This document shows positions 18,014 through 28,178 of a stretch of 64,000 nt of DNA, piece by piece. A program made the position numbers and the translations under genes. Location: the NCBI GenBank assembly GCA_039810485.1, contig JBDHXA010000004.1, positions 11,198 through 75,197 of the forward strand. Reading direction: 5' to 3'. Below the pieces are notes generated by a model that did no database searches, was not told where the DNA came from, and was given only the letters and a program-made list of their open reading frames with translations. Source of the DNA: Chlorobiota bacterium. GTDB taxonomy: Bacteria > Bacteroidota > Ignavibacteria > Kapaibacteriales > UBA961. The stretch's first letter is position 1, and the number at the start of each line of letters is the position of its first letter.

Positions 18014-19030
18014 ATGGCTACGCCTAAACAGCAAGAAGAAATCGGGGTTGCAATGATTGTCCGAAACGCATCAGAGCATTTGGGACGAGCTCTCGACTCA
18101 ATTAGCAGCTTCGCAAAGCAAATAGTTGTTGTTGATACCGGCTCGAACGATAATACGCCTAAAATTGCCGTAGCATACGGCGCAGAAGTGCATTTTCACG
18201 CTTGGAACGATGATTTTTCTCAATCTCGAAATTATGCACTTCAAGCAATGCGAACAGAATGGATATTGCAGCTTGATGCTGATGAAGAAGTTGAGAATGG
18301 AAATTTCAGATCCGTTCATGACAGCATTTCACAAACTTCAATCGGCGGTGCAACAGTAAAAATCATTAATATTTTGCCAGATGGCACAAAGAGCACTCAC
18401 CATTTTACGCGCTTATTTCGCAAACATCGAAGCATTCGCTATGCCGGTCGAATACATGAGCAAATAGCACCGTCGATCATTGCATTGGGGTATGATATTG
18501 CAGAATCGCAGATTGTAATTACTCATCACGGCTATGCATCGGAAAAACGAGAGCGCGCTTTGAGAAATAGATGGCTGCTTGAAAAAGAATTGCTCGACAA
18601 CCCGAATGATATTTGGCTGCAATACCATTTAGGCATGAGTTTGTTTGCCGAAAAAAATTATAAAGAAACAGCAGAAATATTGACAAAAATAGGAAATTCA
18701 ACTGTATTGTCGCAAGAGCAAAGAGAATTGTCTAAAATACGCGCCGCACAAGCACTTATTGCTTTGGAATTCTATGATAAAGCTTTGAATATTATTGACT
18801 TTCGTAGCAATTCACCAGAACACGAAGGTTTGCGCTTATATGTTTTAGGTCTGCTTTTTGGCTTGCGCGGCGATCTTTCGCAAGCCGTTTCAACTCTTTT
18901 GCGACCGGAGATTAAAAATTCAGATTTAGTAAACCGAAGCGATGCTGACAGATTTGCAGCTCAATTTGCTTCCGTGATGAAACGTGGGAAATCGTCATTA
19001 CAACCGTATTCTCAGGCAACAAATCAATGA
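18014..19030 (+). CDS. Glycosyltransferase family 2 with C-terminal TPR-like helices
   Basis: MIVRN, VVVDTGSNDNT, WNDDFSQSRN, LDADE, GRIHEQ and HHGY motifs; TATATTTG promoter motif at about 17938. Confidence 0.85.
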   Translation: MATPKQQEEIGVAMIVRNASEHLGRALDSISSFAKQIVVVDTGSNDNTPKIAVAYGAEVHFHAWNDDFSQSRNYALQAMRTEWILQLDADEEVENGNFRSVHDSISQTSIGGATVKIINILPDGTKSTHHFTRLFRKHRSIRYAGRIHEQIAPSIIALGYDIAESQIVITHHGYASEKRERALRNRWLLEKELLDNPNDIWLQYHLGMSLFAEKNYKETAEILTKIGNSTVLSQEQRELSKIRAAQALIALEFYDKALNIIDFRSNSPEHEGLRLYVLGLLFGLRGDLSQAVSTLLRPEIKNSDLVNRSDADRFAAQFASVMKRGKSSLQPYSQATNQ

Positions 19031-19797
19031 TACTTGTCATTCCTGCAATAGATCTCGAACACGGGCAATGCGCCCGTTGTATATCGGGCGAACCAGGCAC
19101 CGAACATCTATATTCTCTAATATCAGAGCATCCGGCCGAATTAGCTCGTCTTTGGCGGCGTGAAAATGCAAAATCAATTCATATTACCGATCACGATGCA
19201 CTTCATGCCGAACACTCCGACTTCAATGCTTCTATTATCAAAGAGCTTGCCCGGTCGGTTGATATTCCTATTCAGCTTTACTCTTACTTTCCGAATGTAG
19301 AGCAGTGTCGCGTATGGTTGGAAAACGGAGTTTATCGAGTTATAATCTGTCAATTGGTTCTTAACGATCCGGAAGGCGTGAGAAAGTTGGTTGAAGATTA
19401 CACTTCAAGCCGCATTATTTTAGGCATTCGAGCAAAGAACAGAAAAGTAATTTTTACCGATACTCCTCGCGATATGAACGATATAGAACTGGCGCTGGCA
19501 GCAAAATCATTAGGCATTCAGCGTTTAGTATATACGGATGTTTCATGGGAAGGATCTCTATGCGGTCCCGACTACGATATTCTGACAGATATAGGGCTAT
19601 CATCGAAAATGCGCATCACCGAAGCAGGCGGCGTTGCAAAGCCCGAACAATTATGGAAATTACAAGAATTGCAAAAAGAAGGAATTGATTCGGTTATCAT
19701 CGGTCGGGCACTCTATGAGAATTGTTTTCCTTGCCAGCATATCTGGCGCGAAGTAGAAGCTGAACTTGAACCGGATATCGTGGAGCACGAATTGTGA
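19027..19797 (+). CDS. HisA-like (beta/alpha)8-barrel protein, divergent
   Basis: VIPAIDL, YTDVSWEG, EAGGV and IIGRALY match HisA, but the GGGIR motif is absent. Confidence 0.75.
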   Translation: MILVIPAIDLEHGQCARCISGEPGTEHLYSLISEHPAELARLWRRENAKSIHITDHDALHAEHSDFNASIIKELARSVDIPIQLYSYFPNVEQCRVWLENGVYRVIICQLVLNDPEGVRKLVEDYTSSRIILGIRAKNRKVIFTDTPRDMNDIELALAAKSLGIQRLVYTDVSWEGSLCGPDYDILTDIGLSSKMRITEAGGVAKPEQLWKLQELQKEGIDSVIIGRALYENCFPCQHIWREVEAELEPDIVEHEL

Positions 19798-20618
19798 AAA
19801 TCGCGGCAATGCCTTGCTCGCTTTTTTCTTGGCTGTTTTTTTTGATGTTTCTGCAGCCACTGCCGGCTTTATGCTTCGGCGACCTGCTTTTTAAACCATA
19901 CGCAGCAAACCCTTATGAAGGACGCGTTGGCGTGATGGGGCAGTTAGAAGTAAAAAAACTGCGTCTTGACATTGGTAACTCAATTGATTTAATGCGGTTT
20001 GCACAAGATTCCATCGTTTTTTCAATCGGAGCAGATTTTTTTACTTTTAGCCGGTTGCGCAGCGAGGGAAATTTAAAGTTTCCCGTAGAAACAGCTGATT
20101 ATTATTTTGGATTGAACGCAGCGGTTGTATTCCCGAAACAATTCGACTGGACGCCGTCGGCGCGATTGCGCTACGCTCATATTTCATCGCATTTGATTGA
20201 CGGTTTGGCAGATTCTGTCGGACATTTTAACGGCAATCTACCATTTGTTTATAGCCGCGAATTTATTGATGCAACATTTGCATTAGAAAAAAACGGATTG
20301 AGATTTTACTGCGGATTGAACTATGTTTATGCGCGCCTACCGCGCTCTGCATCGCCAATTATTCCGCAATTAGGATTTGACATGCGCTATCCAATTTCAA
20401 AAATATTTGAATTTCAAGGCGGTCTCGATGAGAAGATAGCAGGCGTTGACGGCATTTTTCTGCCAATGCACGCAGCGCAAGTCGGAGTTTTGTTAAAAAC
20501 ATCGCCGCAACGAGGAATTTCTGCCAATCTCTATTATTTTAGCGGACGCAGCATTCACGGCATGTTCTTTCTCGAACGTGATGAATATGTGGCGGCAGGA
20601 TTTCAAATACAATTTTAA
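19794..20618 (+). CDS. Probable outer-membrane beta-barrel protein (DUF1207-like)
   Basis: Signal peptide, RLRYAHISSHLIDG and YSREF motifs, terminal aromatic residue (GFQIQF). Confidence 0.55.
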   Translation: MKIAAMPCSLFSWLFFLMFLQPLPALCFGDLLFKPYAANPYEGRVGVMGQLEVKKLRLDIGNSIDLMRFAQDSIVFSIGADFFTFSRLRSEGNLKFPVETADYYFGLNAAVVFPKQFDWTPSARLRYAHISSHLIDGLADSVGHFNGNLPFVYSREFIDATFALEKNGLRFYCGLNYVYARLPRSASPIIPQLGFDMRYPISKIFEFQGGLDEKIAGVDGIFLPMHAAQVGVLLKTSPQRGISANLYYFSGRSIHGMFFLERDEYVAAGFQIQF

Positions 20619-20636
20619 TTGTGCCATAAATAAGAA

Positions 20637-22172
20637 ATGACAATTTTGGAAACAAGCACCATAGAGCGTTCTACTGCTGAATACGCCTCGAGATTTCCAC
20701 AATCATATTTTAGAAAACTCGCGACCGGTGAAACAGTTTCGCGAATCGGATTCGGCACATACCGCACTGCCATCGGCATTGAAGCACATGAGAATGCGTT
20801 GCGCAAAGCATTATTGTCTGGCATCAATCTTATTGACACTGCAAGCAATTACGCTTTTGGCGACAGTGAAATACTTATTGGCAGCACGCTTGAAGATTTA
20901 ATAGCCGAGGGAAGCGTTTCTGCGGATGAACTTGTAATAGTCACCAAATCGGGCTATATTCAAGGTGAAATTTTAGAAGAGGCAAAGCGCGGAGAGCTTG
21001 AAGGCAGGCGCATACCGGGCGTTGTAAAATTAGAGGAAAATGTTTGGCATAGCATTCATCCTTTTTTTATAGCAGAGCAGCTCAATCAATCGCTCGAGCG
21101 TCTCAACTTATTGCATATTAACGTCCTACTGCTTCATAATCCTGAATATTATTTGGCTTGGGCGCAGTCGGCCGGCAACACGCTCGAATCAGCGCGAGAA
21201 GAATTTTACAGAAAAATGCGATTGGCATTTGAATACTGTGAGAAAGCCGTTTCCAATGCTAAAATTTCATGGTATGGAATTTCATCAAATTCTCTTGGCT
21301 ATATGCCTGAGCATTACCAGTTCTGCGCGCTAGACAAATGTTATCGCATTGCTGAAGACATTGCAGGAAGCGACCATCATTTTCGATTTGCACAGCTTCC
21401 GCTGAATCTTTTGGAAACTGGCGCCGCAGTGCATAAAAATCAAGAGAATGGAGAGCTAACATGCCTTGAATTTGCGCAAAAATTCGGCATTTCTGTATTA
21501 GCCAACCGCCCATTGAATGCGCTTTCGGGCGGCTCAACATTAGTGCGACTTACAACACAAGCAACAACAAGCACCGCACCCGAGCCAAAACATATTGAGC
21601 ATCTGATTGAGCAGACAATTGATCATGAACGCATGCTTTTTTCAGAATTATTATCGGCTCTTGACATTCCGCAGAACGATTTATTTATTCTTCGCGGTTT
21701 GGCAGCAACCGGCGAAGCAACCAAAATACTATGGAAGTCATTGCCTTCATTTGCCGATTGGAGTACAGTTTTATTAGAGCAATTCGAGCCGCGAGCCAAT
21801 CAAGTAATTTCATATTTGCAACAAATAAACACAAGCGACATTTCTGAATGGCTGTTTGCATACATTCCATTGCTGCAAGAAATGTGGAACAACATTTCAA
21901 CATATTATACATCAAAGGACACTCCAGTTTCACTGGCAATAAAGCGCTCTGCAAACGCCGCTTTTGGTAAAGAATACGGGCTGCTGCCCATGACTCAGCT
22001 CGCACTTCAAACATCTATGAACTCGGAAGGCATATCGTCTACGCTAATGGGTGCTCGATCTGTTGCATATATAGATGATGCATTGACGGCGCTTGAATCC
22101 AAGCTTAAGCAATTGCATGCAAATGATTGGAAATCGTATCTTGCCGCAATTACGCAGTCAAATGGAAATTAA
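20637..22172 (+). CDS. Aldo/keto reductase family protein
   Basis: SRIGFGTYR, GINLIDTASNY, IVTKSGY, SLERL, LLHNPE and QLPLNLLE motifs. Confidence 0.85.
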   Translation: MTILETSTIERSTAEYASRFPQSYFRKLATGETVSRIGFGTYRTAIGIEAHENALRKALLSGINLIDTASNYAFGDSEILIGSTLEDLIAEGSVSADELVIVTKSGYIQGEILEEAKRGELEGRRIPGVVKLEENVWHSIHPFFIAEQLNQSLERLNLLHINVLLLHNPEYYLAWAQSAGNTLESAREEFYRKMRLAFEYCEKAVSNAKISWYGISSNSLGYMPEHYQFCALDKCYRIAEDIAGSDHHFRFAQLPLNLLETGAAVHKNQENGELTCLEFAQKFGISVLANRPLNALSGGSTLVRLTTQATTSTAPEPKHIEHLIEQTIDHERMLFSELLSALDIPQNDLFILRGLAATGEATKILWKSLPSFADWSTVLLEQFEPRANQVISYLQQINTSDISEWLFAYIPLLQEMWNNISTYYTSKDTPVSLAIKRSANAAFGKEYGLLPMTQLALQTSMNSEGISSTLMGARSVAYIDDALTALESKLKQLHANDWKSYLAAITQSNGN

Positions 22173-22404
22173 TAATTATTTATTTTAATTTCGCTCTCGC
22201 ATAAAAGCGGCAACGTGCATTTTTATCATTAATCATAGAAATATTATGCAGATTCTATTTAATCTGCTAATATAATTAAACATTTTATTGTTTGCGGATA
22301 TGATTCTAATTTTATTGATATCTTGAAATTATTTAACATCGCAACAAACAATTGTTTTGCAAGCCAAAACATAAATATATTTTTAGAAGTATTGAAAGAA
22401 TCTA

Positions 22405-23274
22405 ATGAATAGCATGACCGGATTCGCCAAAGCGGAAACTACTGAAAACAGCATTACGGCTACAGTGGAAATTCGCAGTGTCAACGGCAAATATCTTGAT
22501 GCGAGTATACGCTTGCCACGCTCTCTAGCAACCAAAGAAAATGAAGTACGCGATATTGTGCGCAAAATGATTTCACGAGGCAATCTTTCGTTGAATATAA
22601 ATGTAGAAGGATCAAAAAGCTCAGCACCAAAGTTTAACGAAGACATTGCAATAGAGCATTTTACAGCATTAAAAAATCTCGCAAAAAAACTAAAATTAAA
22701 AGAGCAGCCCGGGCTTGCCGACTTGCTCAGATTTTCGCAAGATTTATGGGAAAGTCCGGCTGACGACCGCACCGAACAATCATGGGAAATTGTAAAAAAA
22801 ACGCTTGAAACAGCTCTAAAAGAATTAGACATTGCGAGAAAAAATGAAGGAAGAGAATTAGCAAAAGATCTGAAATACAGAATAAAGCATATTGAGGATA
22901 TTACCGCAAAGATTGAAGAAAAAGCGGTGGAAAGAGCGCCGGAAGAGCGTGAAAAATTACGTCAAAGAATTGCGCAATTATTTGAAAGCGATGAAATTGA
23001 CGAGCAGCGTTTGCAAATGGAGATCGTGTTGCTCGCCGACAAGCTCGACATTTCAGAAGAATGTGTCCGTTTGCGCAGTCATATTAAATTTTATCATGAA
23101 TTACTGAAATCAAATGAGCCAAGTGGACGAAAAATGAATTTTTTGCTTCAAGAATTGCATCGCGAAACAAACACCATCGGCTCGAAGGCAAACGACGCCG
23201 AAATTTCGCACTATGTTGTTGAAATAAAAGAGGAATTGGAAAAGATCCGCGAACAAGTGCAAAATATCGAATAA
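22405..23274 (+). CDS. yicC: YicC/YloC family endoribonuclease
   Basis: MNSMTGF, EIRSVNGKYLD, KLDISEE, GRKMNFLLQELHRETNTIGSK and EKIREQVQNIE; adjacent to gmk. Confidence 0.92.
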   Translation: MNSMTGFAKAETTENSITATVEIRSVNGKYLDASIRLPRSLATKENEVRDIVRKMISRGNLSLNINVEGSKSSAPKFNEDIAIEHFTALKNLAKKLKLKEQPGLADLLRFSQDLWESPADDRTEQSWEIVKKTLETALKELDIARKNEGRELAKDLKYRIKHIEDITAKIEEKAVERAPEEREKLRQRIAQLFESDEIDEQRLQMEIVLLADKLDISEECVRLRSHIKFYHELLKSNEPSGRKMNFLLQELHRETNTIGSKANDAEISHYVVEIKEELEKIREQVQNIE

Positions 23275-23292
23275 ACAAATTAATTTCAACTT

Positions 23293-23847
23293 ATGTTCCG
23301 TAAAAATTTGCTTGTTCTTTCGGCTCCGAGCGGCGGCGGCAAGACCACCGTTGCGCGGCATTTGCTTGCTGTATTTCCTGAATTGCAATTTTCAATCTCT
23401 GCAACCACTCGTCCGATACGTTCAGGCGAGATTCATGGCAAGGATTATTTTTTCCTTAGTCGCGACGAGTTTTTACAAAAGATTGCAGAAGGCGATTTGT
23501 TGGAATATGAAGAGATTTTTGGCAATTTCTATGGCACTTTGCGATCAGAGGTGCAACGGTCATTAGACACGCATAGTCCGATGCTCTTTGATGTTGATGT
23601 AAAGGGCGCGATTTCTATTCGCAAAGCATTTCCACATGACTCGCTTTTGCTCTTTATAGCACCGCCCGACATGTTTGCGCTTGAGCAGCGCCTGCGCGCT
23701 CGCAGTACCGAAACCGACGAACAAATACGTCTGCGATTAGCTCGCGCCAAAATGGAAATGCGTTTTGCAGATGATTTTGACATGGTAATAGTTAATGACA
23801 ATTTACAGCAAGCTTTAGCAAAAGCAGAGCAATCAGTACAGCAGTAA
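23293..23847 (+). CDS. gmk: Guanylate kinase
   Basis: APSGGGKTT P-loop, SATTRPIRSGEIHGKDYFF, YGT and DVKGA. Confidence 0.95.
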   Translation: MFRKNLLVLSAPSGGGKTTVARHLLAVFPELQFSISATTRPIRSGEIHGKDYFFLSRDEFLQKIAEGDLLEYEEIFGNFYGTLRSEVQRSLDTHSPMLFDVDVKGAISIRKAFPHDSLLLFIAPPDMFALEQRLRARSTETDEQIRLRLARAKMEMRFADDFDMVIVNDNLQQALAKAEQSVQQ

Positions 23848-23999
23848 TTTTATTTGATTTTTCTACAAAAGATAAATTTTCCTTATTTAGGATTGGTAAA
23901 TTATATCAAACAAATTAATATCAGCATCTCTAAACATCAACAAAGCCGCAAGTATTCGGCACAGCTAAAATTATTATTTTCACACAATGAGGAACTACA

Positions 24000-25259
24000 A
24001 TGAAAATGAATTTAAATTTTACTTTTACTTTAATTACATTTCTATTTTTTGGCAATTTATATGTTTTTTCACAATGGACTAATATGAAAGCTCCAGAACT
24101 AACTTACTCGAAATTAGAGGTTTCTAACAATGGGAAAAATATTGCTGCCTTTGCTTTGGATATTGATTTAACTAATTTTAAAAATGCACCAAAGTATATT
24201 ATTTCGCATGATTACGGAGCAACATGGCAAACCGTTAGCCCTCCCGACACGGCTGGGTTGACAGATCCATTGCTTGCATCGCCTATTACTATGTTTTGGG
24301 ATGGCGACGACTTATTTATTCAAAACCTGAATAAAAGCAATCTATTGAGAAAGTCATCTGATTACGGTGCTACTTTTACTGTTGTGCACGACAAAATTCC
24401 TGCCCTACACTTAAATCTGCTTCGTTTGCCCAATGGCAAATGGTACTACGGCTACAACGGAGAACGATATGCCTCAACCGATAAAGGCATCACATGGTCT
24501 GATGACGGACCTAACAATTGCGGGCTTATGCATTATGCAATTGCAAATAATGGAAATATTGTAACGACGTCAAACAATGGAGTAAGCTACAGCTCAAACA
24601 ATGGTAACTCGTGGGAGCGGGCAACTTTTCCTTCCAACGACAGCTTTATTGATTCCGATAATTCAATTAGCAAAGCTCCCGACGGCTCTTTATATTTCCT
24701 AGCGAAAACCAATACTGTAATTTATAAATCTTCGGATAATGGAGTGTCTTGGCAGAAAGTAAATCCTAGCTTGTCTTTTGTTAATGCCATAGCTATTATT
24801 TGTTCTGGAACTGACATTATTTCTTTTAGCAAAAGCGGCGGCACTTTCAAAAGTACCGACGGTTGCAAAAATTTCTCAGAAATGACTCCAAACGCACCGA
24901 AATCTGGCTGTTTAGTGAATCAGGGCTATGCAATGACGGAGTCATCTTCAGATATTTTTATAGCCGGGCAATCAGCAATATATAAATATCGCAAATCTCC
25001 CGTTTCAGGAATAAACGATAAAACAGCAGACATTACAATTAATATCTCGCCAAATCCTGCTCAAGATTTTATAGAAATAGAAAATATTTCGCCTTCTGCC
25101 ATTTTTACATTATACAATAGTTTAGGCGGAACAATAGTTAACAATGAAAATATCACGGGCAATAAAATAGATGTCAGTAGATTGTCAAGCGGCGCGTACC
25201 TGATAAAGTTTCAAGATAATAATAATTTTTCGTTTAAAAATATAATGATAAGCAGATAA
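24000..25259 (+). CDS. Secreted BNR/Asp-box repeat beta-propeller protein with T9SS CTD
   Basis: Repeated SxDxGxTW/F motifs (SHDYGATW, SSDYGATF, STDKGITW, SSDNGVSW); ISPNPAQD...LSSGAYLIK CTD. Confidence 0.8.
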   Translation: MKMNLNFTFTLITFLFFGNLYVFSQWTNMKAPELTYSKLEVSNNGKNIAAFALDIDLTNFKNAPKYIISHDYGATWQTVSPPDTAGLTDPLLASPITMFWDGDDLFIQNLNKSNLLRKSSDYGATFTVVHDKIPALHLNLLRLPNGKWYYGYNGERYASTDKGITWSDDGPNNCGLMHYAIANNGNIVTTSNNGVSYSSNNGNSWERATFPSNDSFIDSDNSISKAPDGSLYFLAKTNTVIYKSSDNGVSWQKVNPSLSFVNAIAIICSGTDIISFSKSGGTFKSTDGCKNFSEMTPNAPKSGCLVNQGYAMTESSSDIFIAGQSAIYKYRKSPVSGINDKTADITINISPNPAQDFIEIENISPSAIFTLYNSLGGTIVNNENITGNKIDVSRLSSGAYLIKFQDNNNFSFKNIMISR

Positions 25260-25413
25260 GCGATATATCCACCTTGAAAAATAAATTGCAGCCCATAATT
25301 TCGAATAAGTATTGATTCATTTATCATTGCTTTTAACTATTGTTTAAATAGCGCTTAAATATTTATTTTCACTTTTTCGATAAACAACGTCAGCAACATA
25401 TTAAAGTTTAACT

Positions 25414-26817
25414 ATGAATACATATCGCATTGAGCATGATTTTCTTGGAGAAATGAATATTCCCGACAATTTCTACTATGGTGTGCAGACAATGCGGGCT
25501 ATAGATAATTTTCCGATTACCAATATTCCTATTTCAACAGTTCCACAGCTGATACGCGCCTTTGCTTATGTGAAAAAGGCGGCAGCTTTAGCCAATGCTG
25601 ATTTAGGCGTAATGTTGCAAAATATTGCCGATGCCATTAGCCAAGCATGCGATGCAATAGCCTGCGGAGAATTGGCGGATCAATTTCCCGTCGACCTAAT
25701 TCAAGGTGGAGCCGGAACTTCCACCAATATGAATATAAATGAAGTAATTGCGAATAAAGCATTGGAAATACTCGGATATCCAAAAGGGCGCTATGATATT
25801 GTGCATCCCAACAACCACGTTAATTTTTCTCAATCTACCAACGATGCATATCCAACAGCTTTTCGTCTTGCTCTACATTACAGCATCACAGAATTGATCG
25901 AAGAAATGAAGCAGCTCGTTGATGCATTTGCAGCAAAAGGCGAAGAATTTTCTGAGGTTTTGAAAATGGGACGCACTCAGCTGCAAGATGCTGTTCCTAT
26001 GACGCTTGGCGCAGAATTTACCGGTTTTGCAGTTACCATACGAGAAGATATTGCGCGGCTAACCGAAGCTCAAGCTCTTATTACCGAAATCAATCTTGGC
26101 GCAACAGCGATAGGCACTTCAATCAATGCGCCAAAGGGCTATCCTGAGTTGGCGACAAAGCACTTGGCAACAATCAGTGGAGTTTCGGTGCGACTTGCCG
26201 AGAATTTGGTGGAGGCAACAAGCGATACCGGCGCATATGTGCAGCTTTCCGGCGTTTTGAAGCGCATAGCAGTAAAAATCTCAAAAATTTGCAATGATTT
26301 GCGTTTGCTTTCATCGGGTCCGCGTGCGGGCTTAAATGAAATAAATTTGCCTAAACTGCAGCCCGGCTCATCCATTATGCCAGGCAAAGTCAATCCTGTG
26401 ATGCCAGAAGCGATAAATCAAATTGCGTATTACGTAATAGGCGCTGACGTTACCATTACTTTGGCAGCAGAGGCTGGGCAGCTCCAACTTAATGTTATGG
26501 AGCCTGTTATCGCATATTCACTTTTTAATTCAATTTCGATGATGCGCAATGGATTCCGCGCATTGCGCTCAAAATGCGTAGAAGGAATCACGGCAAATGC
26601 AGATATTTGTCGCAATTATGTGATGAACAGCATTGGCATTGTAACAGCACTCAATCCTATTTTGGGCTATGAAACTTGTGCAGCAATTGCCAAAGAAGCT
26701 CTCGAAACAGGACATTCGGTTTATTCTATTGTTCTGCAAAGACATCTCATGGATAAAGAAAAACTCGATGAAGTGCTTTCAACCGAAAATCTGATGCATC
26801 CCAAATTTTATGCATGA
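25414..26817 (+). CDS. aspA: Aspartate ammonia-lyase
   Basis: YYGVQTMRA, QGGAGTSTNMN, KMGRTQLQDAVP and GSSIMPGKVNP signature. Confidence 0.93.
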   Translation: MNTYRIEHDFLGEMNIPDNFYYGVQTMRAIDNFPITNIPISTVPQLIRAFAYVKKAAALANADLGVMLQNIADAISQACDAIACGELADQFPVDLIQGGAGTSTNMNINEVIANKALEILGYPKGRYDIVHPNNHVNFSQSTNDAYPTAFRLALHYSITELIEEMKQLVDAFAAKGEEFSEVLKMGRTQLQDAVPMTLGAEFTGFAVTIREDIARLTEAQALITEINLGATAIGTSINAPKGYPELATKHLATISGVSVRLAENLVEATSDTGAYVQLSGVLKRIAVKISKICNDLRLLSSGPRAGLNEINLPKLQPGSSIMPGKVNPVMPEAINQIAYYVIGADVTITLAAEAGQLQLNVMEPVIAYSLFNSISMMRNGFRALRSKCVEGITANADICRNYVMNSIGIVTALNPILGYETCAAIAKEALETGHSVYSIVLQRHLMDKEKLDEVLSTENLMHPKFYA

Positions 26818-26872
26818 TCGTGAGCGGCACATTCGATTGATTATTGATTAAAGCGAAAATTATTCCGTAATG

Positions 26873-27991
26873 TCAGTCAAACAAATGTCGCTGCACCCAA
26901 TCTGCTATGCGGCGCGTTGCTTCCTCGCTTGGCCAATGCGCACCTTTGAACGGGAAAAATACATGATTTACTTTATTATTTTCTAAAGTATTATGAAAAA
27001 GCTCGGCAGTTTGAAATGGTACTGTGGCGTCCTCGGTTCCGTGCGTAAGAAACAGTTCCACTCCATTTCTAAATAATTCTGGCAACCGCTCAATAACTTT
27101 ACCTTCGGGATACATGCTTGCACACATCATCACGACGCCTGCAAAACTTTCTGGATGGCGCGTTGCCACCACGCCGGCATAAAAACCTCCTTGAGAAAAA
27201 CCAATTATAACTGGCAGAGCGTTTTTTACAGGCAATGTTGCTCGCGCATCTTGAATCGCAGAAAAATACCAATCGGCAGAATGCGACACAATGTTTTCCT
27301 TTAACGAATCCGGCGCATTGAGATCTTCGCCGGCAGCAGATAATTTAAAGGCGAATGTTGAGGCAGATTCACGAAATTTTACATATGGCGCTTCGGGGCA
27401 TACAAAGATAACATTATTTAATTCCAATGACTTTGCCCATCGCAACATAATTGACGGCTCTTGCCCATTGCCATGCAAAATCAAAACGAGATAGTATTTT
27501 TTACGAGGATCGTAGCCGGCTGGATATAGTATTCTATACTTTCCTAAACGAGTTTGCGGAATAATTTTTTGCGGAAAATCATCGGCAATATCTGCATTTC
27601 GTCGAAACAGCTTCGTTGTCGAATCATATAATCGCTGCTTTTTCAAAATATTGAATAAAGAATCCGAAGTAAGTGCAGAAACGTCGCCACAGCCAATTTC
27701 ACCAGCATTAAATAGAATTTTCATAGCAGAATCTGCTTTGTTCAAGCGCGCATAGCATCGCGCTAAAACAACTGCGCTGCCAACATCGCGCGGCATTGCC
27801 TGCACCCATACTCGCAAAAAGTTAGCCGCGGTCTGATAATCTTTATTTTTAAGATATTCTTCAGCCCTTTCTCTATAGCTTCGCTTCTCGACCGGCACAT
27901 TATTTTGAGCTAATGCAGAGCCAAAACAGAATATTAAGCTTAAAAAGAGTATAATATTTTGGAAACAAACCTTTTTCTTCATAATTATCAA
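26873..27991 (-). CDS. Exported alpha/beta-hydrolase (phospholipase/carboxylesterase-like) with N-terminal TPR
   Basis: LHGNG, GFSQGG nucleophile elbow, HGTEDATVP and GAH catalytic triad; signal peptide. Confidence 0.8.
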   Translation of the reverse strand: MIIMKKKVCFQNIILFLSLIFCFGSALAQNNVPVEKRSYRERAEEYLKNKDYQTAANFLRVWVQAMPRDVGSAVVLARCYARLNKADSAMKILFNAGEIGCGDVSALTSDSLFNILKKQRLYDSTTKLFRRNADIADDFPQKIIPQTRLGKYRILYPAGYDPRKKYYLVLILHGNGQEPSIMLRWAKSLELNNVIFVCPEAPYVKFRESASTFAFKLSAAGEDLNAPDSLKENIVSHSADWYFSAIQDARATLPVKNALPVIIGFSQGGFYAGVVATRHPESFAGVVMMCASMYPEGKVIERLPELFRNGVELFLTHGTEDATVPFQTAELFHNTLENNKVNHVFFPFKGAHWPSEEATRRIADWVQRHLFD

Positions 27992-28178
27992 TGAAAGGAA
28001 TTAATGAGGCGCAAGTGCCAAAATATATTGTAATTATGCAAGCAACGATTCAAAATTATCAAAATTGACGGCTATCATAAATTTAAATGCTTTCATAATG
28101 TAACATTGCACGCTCCAAACACTTGAGCAAAGACATACTGATTTACTCAATTTAATCGTATAATAATCAAACCGCATC

